Shown here piece by piece: positions 35,420-45,444 of a stretch of 64,000 bases of DNA (position 1 is its first letter; the number at the start of each line of letters is the position of its first letter). A program made the position numbers and the translations under genes. The notes below the pieces were generated by a model, which was not told where the DNA came from, did no database searches, and was given only the letters and a program-made list of their open reading frames with translations. Where the stretch lies: positions 1-64,000 of IMG/VR virus record IMGVR_UViG_3300021963_000021; one strand, written 5' to 3'.

Positions 35420-38400
35420 TTACGATGCTCTCGCTCCCTGTATTTCTCCTGTGTTCTTCAATCTTAATGGAATGTAAATGAACTCAATTGCCTTGACTGG
35501 CTCAATTGCGATATCTACATATAGCTCATTACGATCGATTCTTGCTGGAGTATTGTTTGTTTCGTCACAAACTACAGCGTAGTCATAGATAGCTCTTAGG
35601 CCAACTAGTTCTAGCAACAGACTTTCAATAGCCTGCTTGATCTCATCACGTGTGATCTTGTCGTTTGGTTCAAACACATAAGGTTTAGCTAGTTTGTTTA
35701 GCTGACTTCTTAGGAATACTACTAGACGAGCTACGTTAATTCTATCAAGTGCTGAATTACCAGCTGAACGTGTTCGTTGACCGTAGTTTACTAGTCCAAC
35801 ACCATTAAAGAATGTTAATGGATTGATCTTAACTCCGTATAACGCATCACGTTGTCCTTCAGTTAAGCTAACAGACTTAAATTCGCCTGTGGTCTTATCA
35901 ACGTATCCGACTGATGTAGCATTAGTGATAGCACCTCTGCGTAGACCAGCTGGAGCAAACCATGGATAGCTAACTTGATCGCTTAGGGCGATTGTTTTAA
36001 GCATCATGTGGCTTGCTGGAACAACGACTGTGTTACCAGTGTTGTCGTTAGTTAAACCACTTGGATAAAATACTGCTGAGTAAGCGTCATATGTTACAAG
36101 ACCAGTATCACCGTTGTCAGTAGCACCATTTTCGTTATTACCCCAAGCAACTAGCGATGCTGTGTCGGATGGTAATCTTAGTGGTGTGTCGCCAACAACA
36201 AATGCTGTGCCTCCACGATCATTGTTAAGATCTACTAGATTCTGTAGAACTTCTGGATAACCTGGGCAAGCAATTAGATTGAAGCTGCGTACTTCGTCTT
36301 CACGCATTTCTTGGTTTGTAGAAATAGCTTCTTTCAATGCCTGTACAACTACTCTGCGTTGTGCTTTACGGCCAAAATCTTCACCGGACATAGTTACCCA
36401 ACGTGATGGGAAGTAATCAATCATTGATTGATCGCCCTGTCTTGGGTTATCATCTTCAGTGTTAATATAGTTTTCTCTGTATACCTTGACGTTGAAACCA
36501 CTTCTACGTGTGTTCCATAACAAGATACCTTTTGGATATAGATCTGGATCTGGAGCATCTGGATCTAGGAAGTCGCTTGTTAATAGGTCTAGTATATCTG
36601 CTGCTGTGCCAGACTCTGTGCCAGCTCCTGGACCAGTTGTCCAACGAGCATCAGCAAACACAACACCTTCTTCAGATGTGCTGTCTGATGTATCAATAGC
36701 AGTCCATTTTAGGGTGTCTGTATTCCAACGATAGATAACTGGGTAGTTTTCTAAGTCGCTAGTGTCAATCCATAGATCGCCTGCTTGTAGATTAGTTACA
36801 CCGTCGCTTTGTTTTACTGGTTTTGTAGCACCAATTAGTGGACCAGTTGGGTCTGCTAATGGAAACTCGTTTTGATAACCGACCCATGTATTGCCGTCGT
36901 GTACCATGATATCAACTTCGCTGATAGCACTTGAATACCAATATTGACCGTCCGCTGGGTCATTCAATGGAGGATCCATATCTGCTACATAGCCAGTTAG
37001 CGTTGCTGCTAATGGCAACCAACCGCTGGCAATGAAATCGTATGTTTCGCCTTGTGGAGCAGGGTATAAGTTTACAGAACCTTCCCATGCGCCAGATGAA
37101 CCGTTGTAGTCAAATCCGCTAAATCCAATATCTGTAAACACGTTGCTAGTGTCAAGAATTCTAAATTCTCCACCTAGCTTATGAGAAATAGTAACCTTGT
37201 TGTTGCTTACAGTTGCTTCGATATTTGCTAGCTCGGAGTTGTTAATTGCCTGAGCAATAGCATTTGCGTTTGCTGCTCCGTCGCCTGCTACTGAAGTAAA
37301 TGTAACAGTGATTGGACTAGGAGTACCTGTTTCACCAGATGGTGTTCCTAGCAATCTGCTGCCAAGCACACTTTCTCTAATTGTGAATGACTTAGACACT
37401 GACGTACTAAATGTAGAATCAGTGATCTGTCCTGAGGTAATTGAAACAGCGCCAGATGTGCGTCTTGTGAATAATTTGAAAGCAGCAGTCTGGGGTGTAG
37501 CATCGTACCCAGTGTCTTCTGTGTAGTTATATTGAACATATAAAGTGTCTTTGACAATATTCTGTCCGCCAGCAATTTTGTCAATGCCATATACCGCAGC
37601 ATGGCCGCTAGCATATAACGGAGCAGTAACTTCTACCCATGCTTTAGATGTGTCATTCCACTTCTTAACTCTCCAACGAGCACCTTGATTTGGTTCAGTT
37701 GCCTTGACCCAAACAGAACCTGTTGGGCGTGGTTTTTGTGAACTTGTTTTCCACTGAGGAACACTAGTGTGTGCTGCTATTGATAGATCCGGAGCATAGT
37801 ATTGTCCTGCGGCAAATCCAAAAATGTCTGCGATAGTAATTGCTGGATTCTCAGAACTAGTTTCGAACATGATAGAAGCAGCGCCTTCTGAGTCGCCTGG
37901 GCCATCTGTTTGATCGATAACAAAGAACGATACCTTGTTGTTTACAACACCTGCTCTTACACCCTGGATAGCATATCCATTGATTGTGTTAGCAAGATTT
38001 TGTGCTGTTTGGCCACCTACGCCAACTGTAACAGCCACGCCGTTAACAATAAATTTATATGCGTCATTGATATTCGCATACCCAGCTACAGTAGCAGTAA
38101 CAGTTGGGGAAGTACCTCTCCAACCTGGTGTACCAATTAGGTGCCATGCTGCTGATGATGTTGATTGTGTATAATTTTTGCCTTTGTAGTAGTATCTGAT
38201 AACATCAGTTTCTGCTACTACTGCGTAGTCACCGACTTTACCTACTCCGCTTGCTGGAGCACCGTTGTCAATTTTGTCGCTGTCAGACGCTGAGAGAACG
38301 ATTGGAGTCTTAGCAACAAACTTCTGTCCGCCTAGATCGGCCGGGGTAGCATCCCACTCTAGTAGACCCCATTTTGTGCTTTGTGTATCGAGCCACCACT

Positions 38401-38800
38401 GTCCGTTGGAAGCTTCTGAACCTGGTACTGTTTCTGTGCCAGTTAAGTCATCTAGATTAATATCTGCTCTTGCGATATATGCTGTGTTGGAAATACCTAA
38501 AAAGCTATATGCTGCTTGTAGACCGTATTCGTTTTGTTCGTCTCCGTTTCTTGGGTTTCCAGAGACTGTCTTTTTAAATGTAGGTGTTCCGTAAAATTCA
38601 GCCAACTCGCGTTGACTTGAAACACGGTATACCTTACCTATGTTTGCTGCTAGGGTACCTTTTGCTATTCCGGTGCCACTAGCGTTTGATTTATTCTGTG
38701 CGGTGGCTACAACAATAAGAGGAGTTGTTCCAGCTTCTGCTGGAGTATAAAAACTCTCGTCGTTTACGGTAACCTGTACGCCTGGTGATGTTAGAGCCAT
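35420..38800 (-). CDS. tail sheath protein (gp18-like) with large insertion
   Basis: SPGVQV, PWFAPAG..RG, LDRINVARL, FEPND, P.KAIEFI. Confidence 0.95.
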   Translation of the reverse strand: MALTSPGVQVTVNDESFYTPAEAGTTPLIVVATAQNKSNASGTGIAKGTLAANIGKVYRVSSQRELAEFYGTPTFKKTVSGNPRNGDEQNEYGLQAAYSFLGISNTAYIARADINLDDLTGTETVPGSEASNGQWWLDTQSTKWGLLEWDATPADLGGQKFVAKTPIVLSASDSDKIDNGAPASGVGKVGDYAVVAETDVIRYYYKGKNYTQSTSSAAWHLIGTPGWRGTSPTVTATVAGYANINDAYKFIVNGVAVTVGVGGQTAQNLANTINGYAIQGVRAGVVNNKVSFFVIDQTDGPGDSEGAASIMFETSSENPAITIADIFGFAAGQYYAPDLSIAAHTSVPQWKTSSQKPRPTGSVWVKATEPNQGARWRVKKWNDTSKAWVEVTAPLYASGHAAVYGIDKIAGGQNIVKDTLYVQYNYTEDTGYDATPQTAAFKLFTRRTSGAVSITSGQITDSTFSTSVSKSFTIRESVLGSRLLGTPSGETGTPSPITVTFTSVAGDGAANANAIAQAINNSELANIEATVSNNKVTISHKLGGEFRILDTSNVFTDIGFSGFDYNGSSGAWEGSVNLYPAPQGETYDFIASGWLPLAATLTGYVADMDPPLNDPADGQYWYSSAISEVDIMVHDGNTWVGYQNEFPLADPTGPLIGATKPVKQSDGVTNLQAGDLWIDTSDLENYPVIYRWNTDTLKWTAIDTSDSTSEEGVVFADARWTTGPGAGTESGTAADILDLLTSDFLDPDAPDPDLYPKGILLWNTRRSGFNVKVYRENYINTEDDNPRQGDQSMIDYFPSRWVTMSGEDFGRKAQRRVVVQALKEAISTNQEMREDEVRSFNLIACPGYPEVLQNLVDLNNDRGGTAFVVGDTPLRLPSDTASLVAWGNNENGATDNGDTGLVTYDAYSAVFYPSGLTNDNTGNTVVVPASHMMLKTIALSDQVSYPWFAPAGLRRGAITNATSVGYVDKTTGEFKSVSLTEGQRDALYGVKINPLTFFNGVGLVNYGQRTRSAGNSALDRINVARLVVFLRSQLNKLAKPYVFEPNDKITRDEIKQAIESLLLELVGLRAIYDYAVVCDETNNTPARIDRNELYVDIAIEPVKAIEFIYIPLRLKNTGEIQGARAS

Positions 38801-38908
38801 TCCGTTCTCTCCTGATGGGTTAAAACTTTGTATAGATATTTAGCGCCATTTGGTAAAAATACACTGTTATAACCCTAGGAAAAGGGATAAAAAAGGGTAA
38901 GTATGTAT

Positions 38909-39244
38909 ATGAGACCTTTATGCGAATGCGGTTTAAGACCCTCTGCGGTTAACTACCATAAAAATGGTAAAACTTTTTACAGGTCAAGATGCGAAACTTG
39001 CCTAAAGAAAGGTAAATTTCACGGTATACCTAAATGGTATAGAGTTGGGTATAGATTAAAGAGTCAGTGTGACAAATGCGGTTTTAAAAGCCCGCATAAG
39101 GAAGTATTTGCTGTCTATCATGTAGACGAAAATTTAGATAATTGTAGACCCAGCAATCTTAAAACAGTATGCGCTAACTGCCAGCGCATACTTGCTAAAG
39201 AAGGTATTAAATGGAAACAGGGAGATCTAATTGCTGATTTTTAA
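38909..39244 (+). CDS. HNH-like zinc-binding protein
   Basis: CECG, CETC, CDKCG, H.DENLDN...NL..VCANC; TAAGTA 5 nt before ATG 38909. Confidence 0.7.
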   Translation: MRPLCECGLRPSAVNYHKNGKTFYRSRCETCLKKGKFHGIPKWYRVGYRLKSQCDKCGFKSPHKEVFAVYHVDENLDNCRPSNLKTVCANCQRILAKEGIKWKQGDLIADF

Positions 39245-39854
39245 TCAAACTCTCGGACTGCTTAAAGAGTTCATCTATAGTACCGTTGTTATCTACGATC
39301 AGATCGAAATCGGTATCAGCCCATGCCCATTCGCTTGCGTGTACTTTGTGAATACTGGTCATAGCTTCTAAAGCCATTTTATCCCCTTGGCAGGCTAGTC
39401 GAGCTGTGTCAAACCAAATAGGTTCTTCACCGCGAACTACTCTAACTACAAATCCACCAGCATTTTTAATAGCTTTTACTTCATTGGGGAATCTAACATC
39501 GCTGATAACAACGTTGTCTTGTGTTTTTCTTAACTTGTTTTCTAAGCTGGCAATCCAAATATCATCGTGGAAGCTCTGGCGGCAGACTTCTGTCCCCCAG
39601 TACTGTAATACCCAACGTGGCGTTAAGTGAGGCATCCCCATACGCTGCGCCCACCACGGATCTACCTGTTCTCGCCACTCACGTGCTTCTTTAGTACGTC
39701 CTTCAAGCAGTACACGATCCCAGCCAAACACAGCAGCAACGGCATCTTTTAGTGTGCCGGCAAAACTATCACGACGGAACTCGTGGAAGTTAACAAGATA
39801 GTCTGCTATCGTGTCTTTTCCTGTTCCAATAAAACCGCAGATTCCTATGATCAT
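39207..39854 (-). CDS. deoxynucleoside monophosphate kinase
   Basis: GFIGTGKDT, LQYWGTE, ISDVRFPNE, HASE. Confidence 0.92.
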   Translation of the reverse strand: MIIGICGFIGTGKDTIADYLVNFHEFRRDSFAGTLKDAVAAVFGWDRVLLEGRTKEAREWREQVDPWWAQRMGMPHLTPRWVLQYWGTEVCRQSFHDDIWIASLENKLRKTQDNVVISDVRFPNEVKAIKNAGGFVVRVVRGEEPIWFDTARLACQGDKMALEAMTSIHKVHASEWAWADTDFDLIVDNNGTIDELFKQSESLIKNQQLDLPVSI

Positions 39855-39905
39855 AAAAAAGCCCTCTATTTGTTATATAATAAAGGGCTTTTAGTTCTGT
39901 GTCAA
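39855..39905 (-). promoter_or_regulatory. sigma70 promoter overlapping a terminator-like hairpin
   Basis: TTGACA-17bp-TATTAT; 14-bp stem AAAAGCCCTTTATT / AATAGAGGGCTTTT. Confidence 0.7.
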
Positions 39906-39912
39906 GAGTGGC

Positions 39913-40677
39913 TTAGCCAATCACAAATGTGTATCCTGCGTTAGCTGTACCTGGTACAAAGTTCACTAGTTCCGCTGTCAATCTTTCGATATCTGCTTGG
40001 GCTTCTTGTTTGAGGGCTGCTCCGTTGAGCTGTGTGCCTCCCTGTGGGCCTGCTATGCTGGCAAATTTTTCACGAGCTTGTCCTAACATCATCTTACAGT
40101 TAGCCAAAGTATAATCTTTGATCCAGATATTAGCATAAGTGTCTGTAAGTATAGCGTGGTCTGGCCGTGTGTTGTATACCCAAAGCATGATCTCTTCATC
40201 GGATCTTGGTCTTTGGTGAATAGTTAATTTGTGTGATTGAGCGTGCCATGTAAACTGAATAAAACTGCCAAACATTTTGCCCACACGTTCTTGATAGCCA
40301 GCAAAAAGTTCGTATGTTAACAGCCCGCCCATATTTGTTGAGCTTAACAAATAAGTGTTTGTATAGGCCAAGTTAAACGGCTCAAAAACAGTACCACCGT
40401 TTCCGCCGCCCGATCGAGATCCTATAGATCTTCTATACGCTTCTCTAACTACCTGTATTTCTTTAGGTAGTATGTATTCGTTTTGATCTATTTCCAGCTT
40501 CAAAAATGCGAAACTTTCTTCCACTGAATTATCACCGCGTTGTCTGAATATAGCAAGAGATCTATCCAGCGCAGTTGTATAATGTATAGGGTCTAGCTCT
40601 ACATCAACCATACCGTCGCCCAACATGGTTTTACAGTAATCGTAGACTTTTTGTTTTTCTTGATCTATTTGGCTCAT
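39913..40677 (-). CDS. neck/head-tail adaptor protein (gp13-like)
   Basis: LG...VDVEL, WIKDY, REKF...GPQGGTQLNG. Confidence 0.85.
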   Translation of the reverse strand: MSQIDQEKQKVYDYCKTMLGDGMVDVELDPIHYTTALDRSLAIFRQRGDNSVEESFAFLKLEIDQNEYILPKEIQVVREAYRRSIGSRSGGGNGGTVFEPFNLAYTNTYLLSSTNMGGLLTYELFAGYQERVGKMFGSFIQFTWHAQSHKLTIHQRPRSDEEIMLWVYNTRPDHAILTDTYANIWIKDYTLANCKMMLGQAREKFASIAGPQGGTQLNGAALKQEAQADIERLTAELVNFVPGTANAGYTFVIG

Positions 40678-40682
40678 GCTAG

Positions 40683-40703
40683 TATTTATTACAGCGGTAA
40701 ATA
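40683..40703. promoter_or_regulatory. back-to-back T4-type late promoters
   Basis: TATTTA (40683-40688, minus) and TAAATA (40698-40703, plus) between divergent neck genes. Confidence 0.75.
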
Positions 40704-40710
40704 TATGACT

Positions 40711-42027
40711 ATGCCAAGACTCAGTTTATACAAGCCCGAAAAAGGCAACGATTACAGATTTTTTGACCGTAATATTTGGGAGATGTTCCAAGTAGGCGGT
40801 ACGGATGTGCTGCTACACAAGTATGTAGGGCCAGGTGCTCCTGCTCCTGGTGAAAGCAGCCCTACAATACCGAACTATACCAGCGGTATTCCTGAACTAC
40901 AAATACAAGATCTTTTGTTTTTAGAAAACAGAGATCGTAAGTATGACCCAGATATCTATCTTATGAGGGGCATATACAACATACAAGACATAGACTTTAA
41001 CCTAAGTCAGTTTGGTCTATTCTTACAAAATGACGTAATTTTTATTACATTCCATATCAACGACACTATAGAAAAAATAGGTCGTAAAATTATGGCAGGT
41101 GATGTTCTCGAGTTGCCCCATTTGAAGGACGATCATGCTCTTAATGATCTTAAATTTGCTCTAAAAAGATTTTATGTCATAGAAGAAGTTAACAGAGCAG
41201 CTGAAGGGTTTTCAGCTACTTGGTATCCTCACTTGTATAGAGCCAAATGTAAACCTTTAGTAGACAGTCAAGAGTTTAAACAGATATTAGATGGAATCGC
41301 CGATACTGAAAACTTCAAAGGCACATACAACCCAGCCGCAACATACTATCCTGATGATGTTGTTACTGGCCCAGACGGTAGAAAATACACAGTGACCGCA
41401 CAGGTAACTGGAATTGCTCCTCCTAACAGTACCTACTACAGAGATGCCGATACCTTAAGAGAAATAATGAGCACCTACGAAAAAGAAATGCAGATCACAA
41501 ACGCAGTTTTAGATCAAGCAGAAGCAGATGCTCCAAGAAGTGGCTACGACACATCTATGTTCTATACTGTGCCGTTAGATGAAAATGGTAAAATAAAACT
41601 AAACACAGTAGATAAAGATACAGTTACCGCAGACAATGCTGATCCTAACGCAGGCAGTGACGCTAGTATGATTGTTGCTTCTCCAGTTAAAGACGGATAC
41701 CAAAGCTATCACGAAGATGGTATTACACCAAATGGTGCTCCTTTTACCAGTGGTATAGCATTCCCTCAGACGCCAGTCGAAGGACAATTTTGCCTAAGAA
41801 CAGATTATTTTCCAAAGAGACTGTTTAGATATAACGGAACACGTTGGGTCAAATACGAAGATAATGTACGAATGACTATGAGTAACAATGGAACAGATTC
41901 CGCTGATACTAGACTTAATCAGAAAGGTACATTTATTAACAATAACACAGTATCTACTATTGACGGAAAACAAATACAAGAGAAACAAAGCCTTAGCAAG
42001 GCACTACGACCAAAGGCAGATGAATAA
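40711..42027 (+). CDS. neck protein (gp14-like)
   Basis: DLLFLENRDRKY, LSQFGLF, GDVLELP; start 40705 or 40711. Confidence 0.75.
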   Translation: MPRLSLYKPEKGNDYRFFDRNIWEMFQVGGTDVLLHKYVGPGAPAPGESSPTIPNYTSGIPELQIQDLLFLENRDRKYDPDIYLMRGIYNIQDIDFNLSQFGLFLQNDVIFITFHINDTIEKIGRKIMAGDVLELPHLKDDHALNDLKFALKRFYVIEEVNRAAEGFSATWYPHLYRAKCKPLVDSQEFKQILDGIADTENFKGTYNPAATYYPDDVVTGPDGRKYTVTAQVTGIAPPNSTYYRDADTLREIMSTYEKEMQITNAVLDQAEADAPRSGYDTSMFYTVPLDENGKIKLNTVDKDTVTADNADPNAGSDASMIVASPVKDGYQSYHEDGITPNGAPFTSGIAFPQTPVEGQFCLRTDYFPKRLFRYNGTRWVKYEDNVRMTMSNNGTDSADTRLNQKGTFINNNTVSTIDGKQIQEKQSLSKALRPKADE

Positions 42028-43460
42028 TGGATTTCTTTTATGACGGTCAGATAAGACGCTACATTACACAATTTATGCGTATCTTTATCGGTTTTAGTTA
42101 TAAGGCCGGTGACAATACGTTGAAACAGGTGCCAGTTATGTACGGTGATCTTAGCAAACAGGTAGCTAACGTGATCAGAGAAAACTCAGGAAACAAACTT
42201 CCTAGTGTTCCTCGTATTGCCTGTTATGTAACAGCATTGGAATTAGACAGATCTAGACTAGCAGACCCGTCATTTATTTCAAAAGTAAACATAAGAGAAC
42301 GTGCTTATGACTACGACGATGAAGGTAAACCAGTCTATCAAAACTATCAAGGTGGCGGTTATACTGTTGAAAGATTAATGCCGACACCGTTTTTATTAAC
42401 TATGCGCTGTGATTTATGGACATCTAATACTGATCAAAAATTACAGTTGTTAGAACAGATGTTGGTATTGTTTAATCCTAGCCTAGAAGTACAGACCACC
42501 GACAATTACATTGACTGGACCAGTCTAAGCACAATCATGCTACAGTCTACAACATTTAGTTCTAGATCTATTCCTCAAGGAACAGAGGAAGATATAGACA
42601 TCTGTACTTTAGATTTTGAAATGCCTATATACATTTCTCCGCCTGTCAAGGTTAAGAAGCTAGGCGTTATACAAAATATTATTATGAATATGTTTAATGA
42701 ATCTGGAGACATAAGACCATTAAACGAATTAGCTTATAATTTCTCAGATGCTCAAGGCGCAAACATTTATTCAACTGCTGTTACTCCTGGCGGATACGGA
42801 GTTCTACTAGTTGCTGATAAATCAGTAACAGGTGCTGATATGGGAACTTATTACGTTTCTGTACTCGAAGCCAACGAAGCATTGCGAGACCTAGGTCTTG
42901 AATTGCCATTGAAGTCCGGTGATCGACTTGACTGGAATAAGGTCATACTACAGTACATGAACTATCGTCCAAACATAAGTCGAATAAGATTTTTACAACC
43001 AAGTGGCAGTGAAATCGTAGGTACATTTGCCATTAACGAGTTAGATCCAACATATTTGGTTGTTGAGTTTGACAACGATACATTGCCTCCAAACAATATA
43101 CCTCACATAACTTCTATAATAAATCCTCAGACATTTAATCCCGTGACAACATTTGGATCAAAGGCAGCTATTGCTACTGGAACACGATATCTTATATTAG
43201 AGGATATCGGCAATGCTATAAATCAAGATGGTCCAGATGGGTGGAAAGGCCTAGGCAACGAAGATCTTATCGCATCAGCTAACGATATTATAGAGTGGAA
43301 CGGAGCAAAATGGATCGTGTCTTTAGATGCTTCCGCAACTACTACAACAAAATATGTCACCAATTTAAGAACCAAAATACAATATAAGTGGGACGGAGAT
43401 CAGTGGCTCAAGAGTTTTGAGGGCGAATACACTGCCGGTTATTGGAGTTTTGATTTCTAA
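42027..43460 (+). CDS. tail terminator/sheath stabiliser (gp15-like)
   Basis: FFYDGQIRRY, VPVMYG, PTPF, QLLEQ...FNP. Confidence 0.85.
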   Translation: MDFFYDGQIRRYITQFMRIFIGFSYKAGDNTLKQVPVMYGDLSKQVANVIRENSGNKLPSVPRIACYVTALELDRSRLADPSFISKVNIRERAYDYDDEGKPVYQNYQGGGYTVERLMPTPFLLTMRCDLWTSNTDQKLQLLEQMLVLFNPSLEVQTTDNYIDWTSLSTIMLQSTTFSSRSIPQGTEEDIDICTLDFEMPIYISPPVKVKKLGVIQNIIMNMFNESGDIRPLNELAYNFSDAQGANIYSTAVTPGGYGVLLVADKSVTGADMGTYYVSVLEANEALRDLGLELPLKSGDRLDWNKVILQYMNYRPNISRIRFLQPSGSEIVGTFAINELDPTYLVVEFDNDTLPPNNIPHITSIINPQTFNPVTTFGSKAAIATGTRYLILEDIGNAINQDGPDGWKGLGNEDLIASANDIIEWNGAKWIVSLDASATTTTKYVTNLRTKIQYKWDGDQWLKSFEGEYTAGYWSFDF

Positions 43461-43477
43461 AACAGATACATAATAGC

Positions 43478-43864
43478 ATGCAAAAACATGCTGGCATACT
43501 GTTTATTTCTAAAAAATCTTCTAGGATCTTCCTGTTGTTAGATGACGGGAAGTGGTCTGTGCCTACATTCGTTCGGGCCAAGTCAGTAATAGAAGATGCT
43601 CAACCAGTCATCGATTCTTTCTATGAAAAAGAATCTAGACTAATACCTATCGAATTATATCTGAGTCAAGACCAAGGGTTTGAATATTCAACCTACATCT
43701 GTTTGATCGAAGATGATTTTATTGCTAAAAATGGCGATACTTATTGTTGGGCTTCGTTACAGAATCTTCCAAAAAACATACACACTGGTCTAAAATCTAC
43801 TCTAACAAATAAAATTATTCAAACAAAGATTGACACTATTTTATTAATGGGGAAGAATGAATGA
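43478..43864 (+). CDS. NUDIX-fold-like protein lacking the Nudix box
   Basis: AGILF...FLLL...W start and YCW...LP.N.H end; no REUxEE. Confidence 0.5.
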   Translation: MQKHAGILFISKKSSRIFLLLDDGKWSVPTFVRAKSVIEDAQPVIDSFYEKESRLIPIELYLSQDQGFEYSTYICLIEDDFIAKNGDTYCWASLQNLPKNIHTGLKSTLTNKIIQTKIDTILLMGKNE

Positions 43865-44118
43865 GTGTGTTGTCTATAAAAAATAATCCTCAATTTCAAA
43901 AGGATCTTGATCGATTCACAGAAGTTATAAATCAGCTTGATGGTGTCAAAAAGAATGAAGCTGAAAAACTGTTAAAAAGATTTATAGAGGCTATAAAAAG
44001 AATCGACGACACACTAGTAAATGTCAGTCTTGCTCCTGTTGATTATTCTTTTCACGTAGAAGCAAGAAGAGAACTAAAAAAGATTAGGCTCGATTTAGAA
44101 AATCTTTTACAGAAATAA
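43861..44118 (+). CDS. helical hypothetical protein
   Basis: 85-aa ATGA-coupled ORF. Confidence 0.65.
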   Translation: MSVLSIKNNPQFQKDLDRFTEVINQLDGVKKNEAEKLLKRFIEAIKRIDDTLVNVSLAPVDYSFHVEARRELKKIRLDLENLLQK

Positions 44119-44956
44119 ATCGATAATCGCCGATCACTGATTTTAATTTTTCTATATCAGCACAGGTATACTTTTGATATTGTCCTTCTAATTCGAAAGG
44201 AAACTCTATTTCTTTTATCGAAGCATCGTATTTCTTAGCAACAAGCTCAGCTACATCTTTAAAAGAAACTACTGCGCCTGTACCTAAATTGAATATGCCA
44301 CTGTGCCAATGGCCCACTGATAGTTTAATATTAACTATATCCTCTACGCAGATAAAGTCTCTTAGAAAATTCTCACTGCCTTTGAACACAAATACACTGC
44401 CTTCTACCTGCGCCTGTTGAGAAAACTTGTGTATAGGACTCGCCTGTGACCCTTTGTGCTTTTCACCGTTGCCGTAGACATTGAAGTATCTCCAGCCCTG
44501 TAACTTAGCTCTAGGGTTTTCTAATAATTTGATAGCTGTGTAGTAATCTATATCAGCTTTGCTTTGTGCGTACAAGGATCTAGGATCAAGAGGTTGATTT
44601 TCTTTAAAGCTCGGGCCGCTGCCATACACACTGGCAGAGCTAGCATATGACAAAAGAAAATCATGCTCGATTGCTTTATCTATAAGAAAAAATGTAGGAT
44701 TTTTATTTTTTCTTTGTATTAGATTTTTATCACGCTCTGTTGTACTAGATATCGCACCTTCGTGATATACTACTTCAACTGTGTGCCACTGATTGAAATT
44801 GTTATAGAACTCGTCAACAGTATGCCATTCAGAATAGGCCAGTTCTATATTAGCACGAGCATCATCGACACAGATAATGTCAGTGCGTCCTAGAGCATTT
44901 AATCCACGAACTAGATTAGATCCTATAAATCCTGCTGCGCCAGTGACTACAATCAT
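44084..44956 (-). CDS. hldD: ADP-L-glycero-D-manno-heptose 6-epimerase
   Basis: IVVTGAAGFIGSNLV, GAISSTTE, YASSASVYG, YAQSK, RYFNVYG..E.HKG.QAS. Confidence 0.9.
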   Translation of the reverse strand: MIVVTGAAGFIGSNLVRGLNALGRTDIICVDDARANIELAYSEWHTVDEFYNNFNQWHTVEVVYHEGAISSTTERDKNLIQRKNKNPTFFLIDKAIEHDFLLSYASSASVYGSGPSFKENQPLDPRSLYAQSKADIDYYTAIKLLENPRAKLQGWRYFNVYGNGEKHKGSQASPIHKFSQQAQVEGSVFVFKGSENFLRDFICVEDIVNIKLSVGHWHSGIFNLGTGAVVSFKDVAELVAKKYDASIKEIEFPFELEGQYQKYTCADIEKLKSVIGDYRFISVKDFLNRA

Positions 44957-45444
44957 CCCAGTGTCTGCTCCAACCAAGTCTTACAATTAGGCCAACTTCT
45001 GTAAATGTGTGCCCTACCACCAGCTCTAATCCATTCTTCGCAGTTACTATTGCGATCGTCAATTAAAATGTCACCTGGTTCTCTACAGTGCATGTATTTT
45101 TCGTAACTGTAAGGGCCAAGAAACACAGGTATGTGTGGAAAATGTTCTTGTGCCCAAAATACTTTATCCTGAGGTGCCCAGGGCATGTCGTTGCCTTTGG
45201 GAATAGCACTGAGAAAATAGAGACCGCAGCCTGTAATTGATTTATATGTTGTTACCCAATTGACTAATTCATATGCGCCTTCTTTGATTGGAAGTTTGCT
45301 GTACATACGCTGATCATCTTTGAGCCTACGCCAAGTTGAGTCAGGTAAAAGGTCACCGTCTTTAAACAAAGGTGCTTTTAGATAATCTCTAGCGTAGCCA
45401 TACCAATCAGCTACAACATCATCCATGTCTAGATATATGTTCAT
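44953..45444 (-). CDS. HAD-family phosphatase (5'(3')-nucleotidase-like)
   Basis: YLDMDDVVAD, DK..W, ILIDD..SN..EW..AGG. Confidence 0.8.
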   Translation of the reverse strand: MNIYLDMDDVVADWYGYARDYLKAPLFKDGDLLPDSTWRRLKDDQRMYSKLPIKEGAYELVNWVTTYKSITGCGLYFLSAIPKGNDMPWAPQDKVFWAQEHFPHIPVFLGPYSYEKYMHCREPGDILIDDRNSNCEEWIRAGGRAHIYRSWPNCKTWLEQTLG

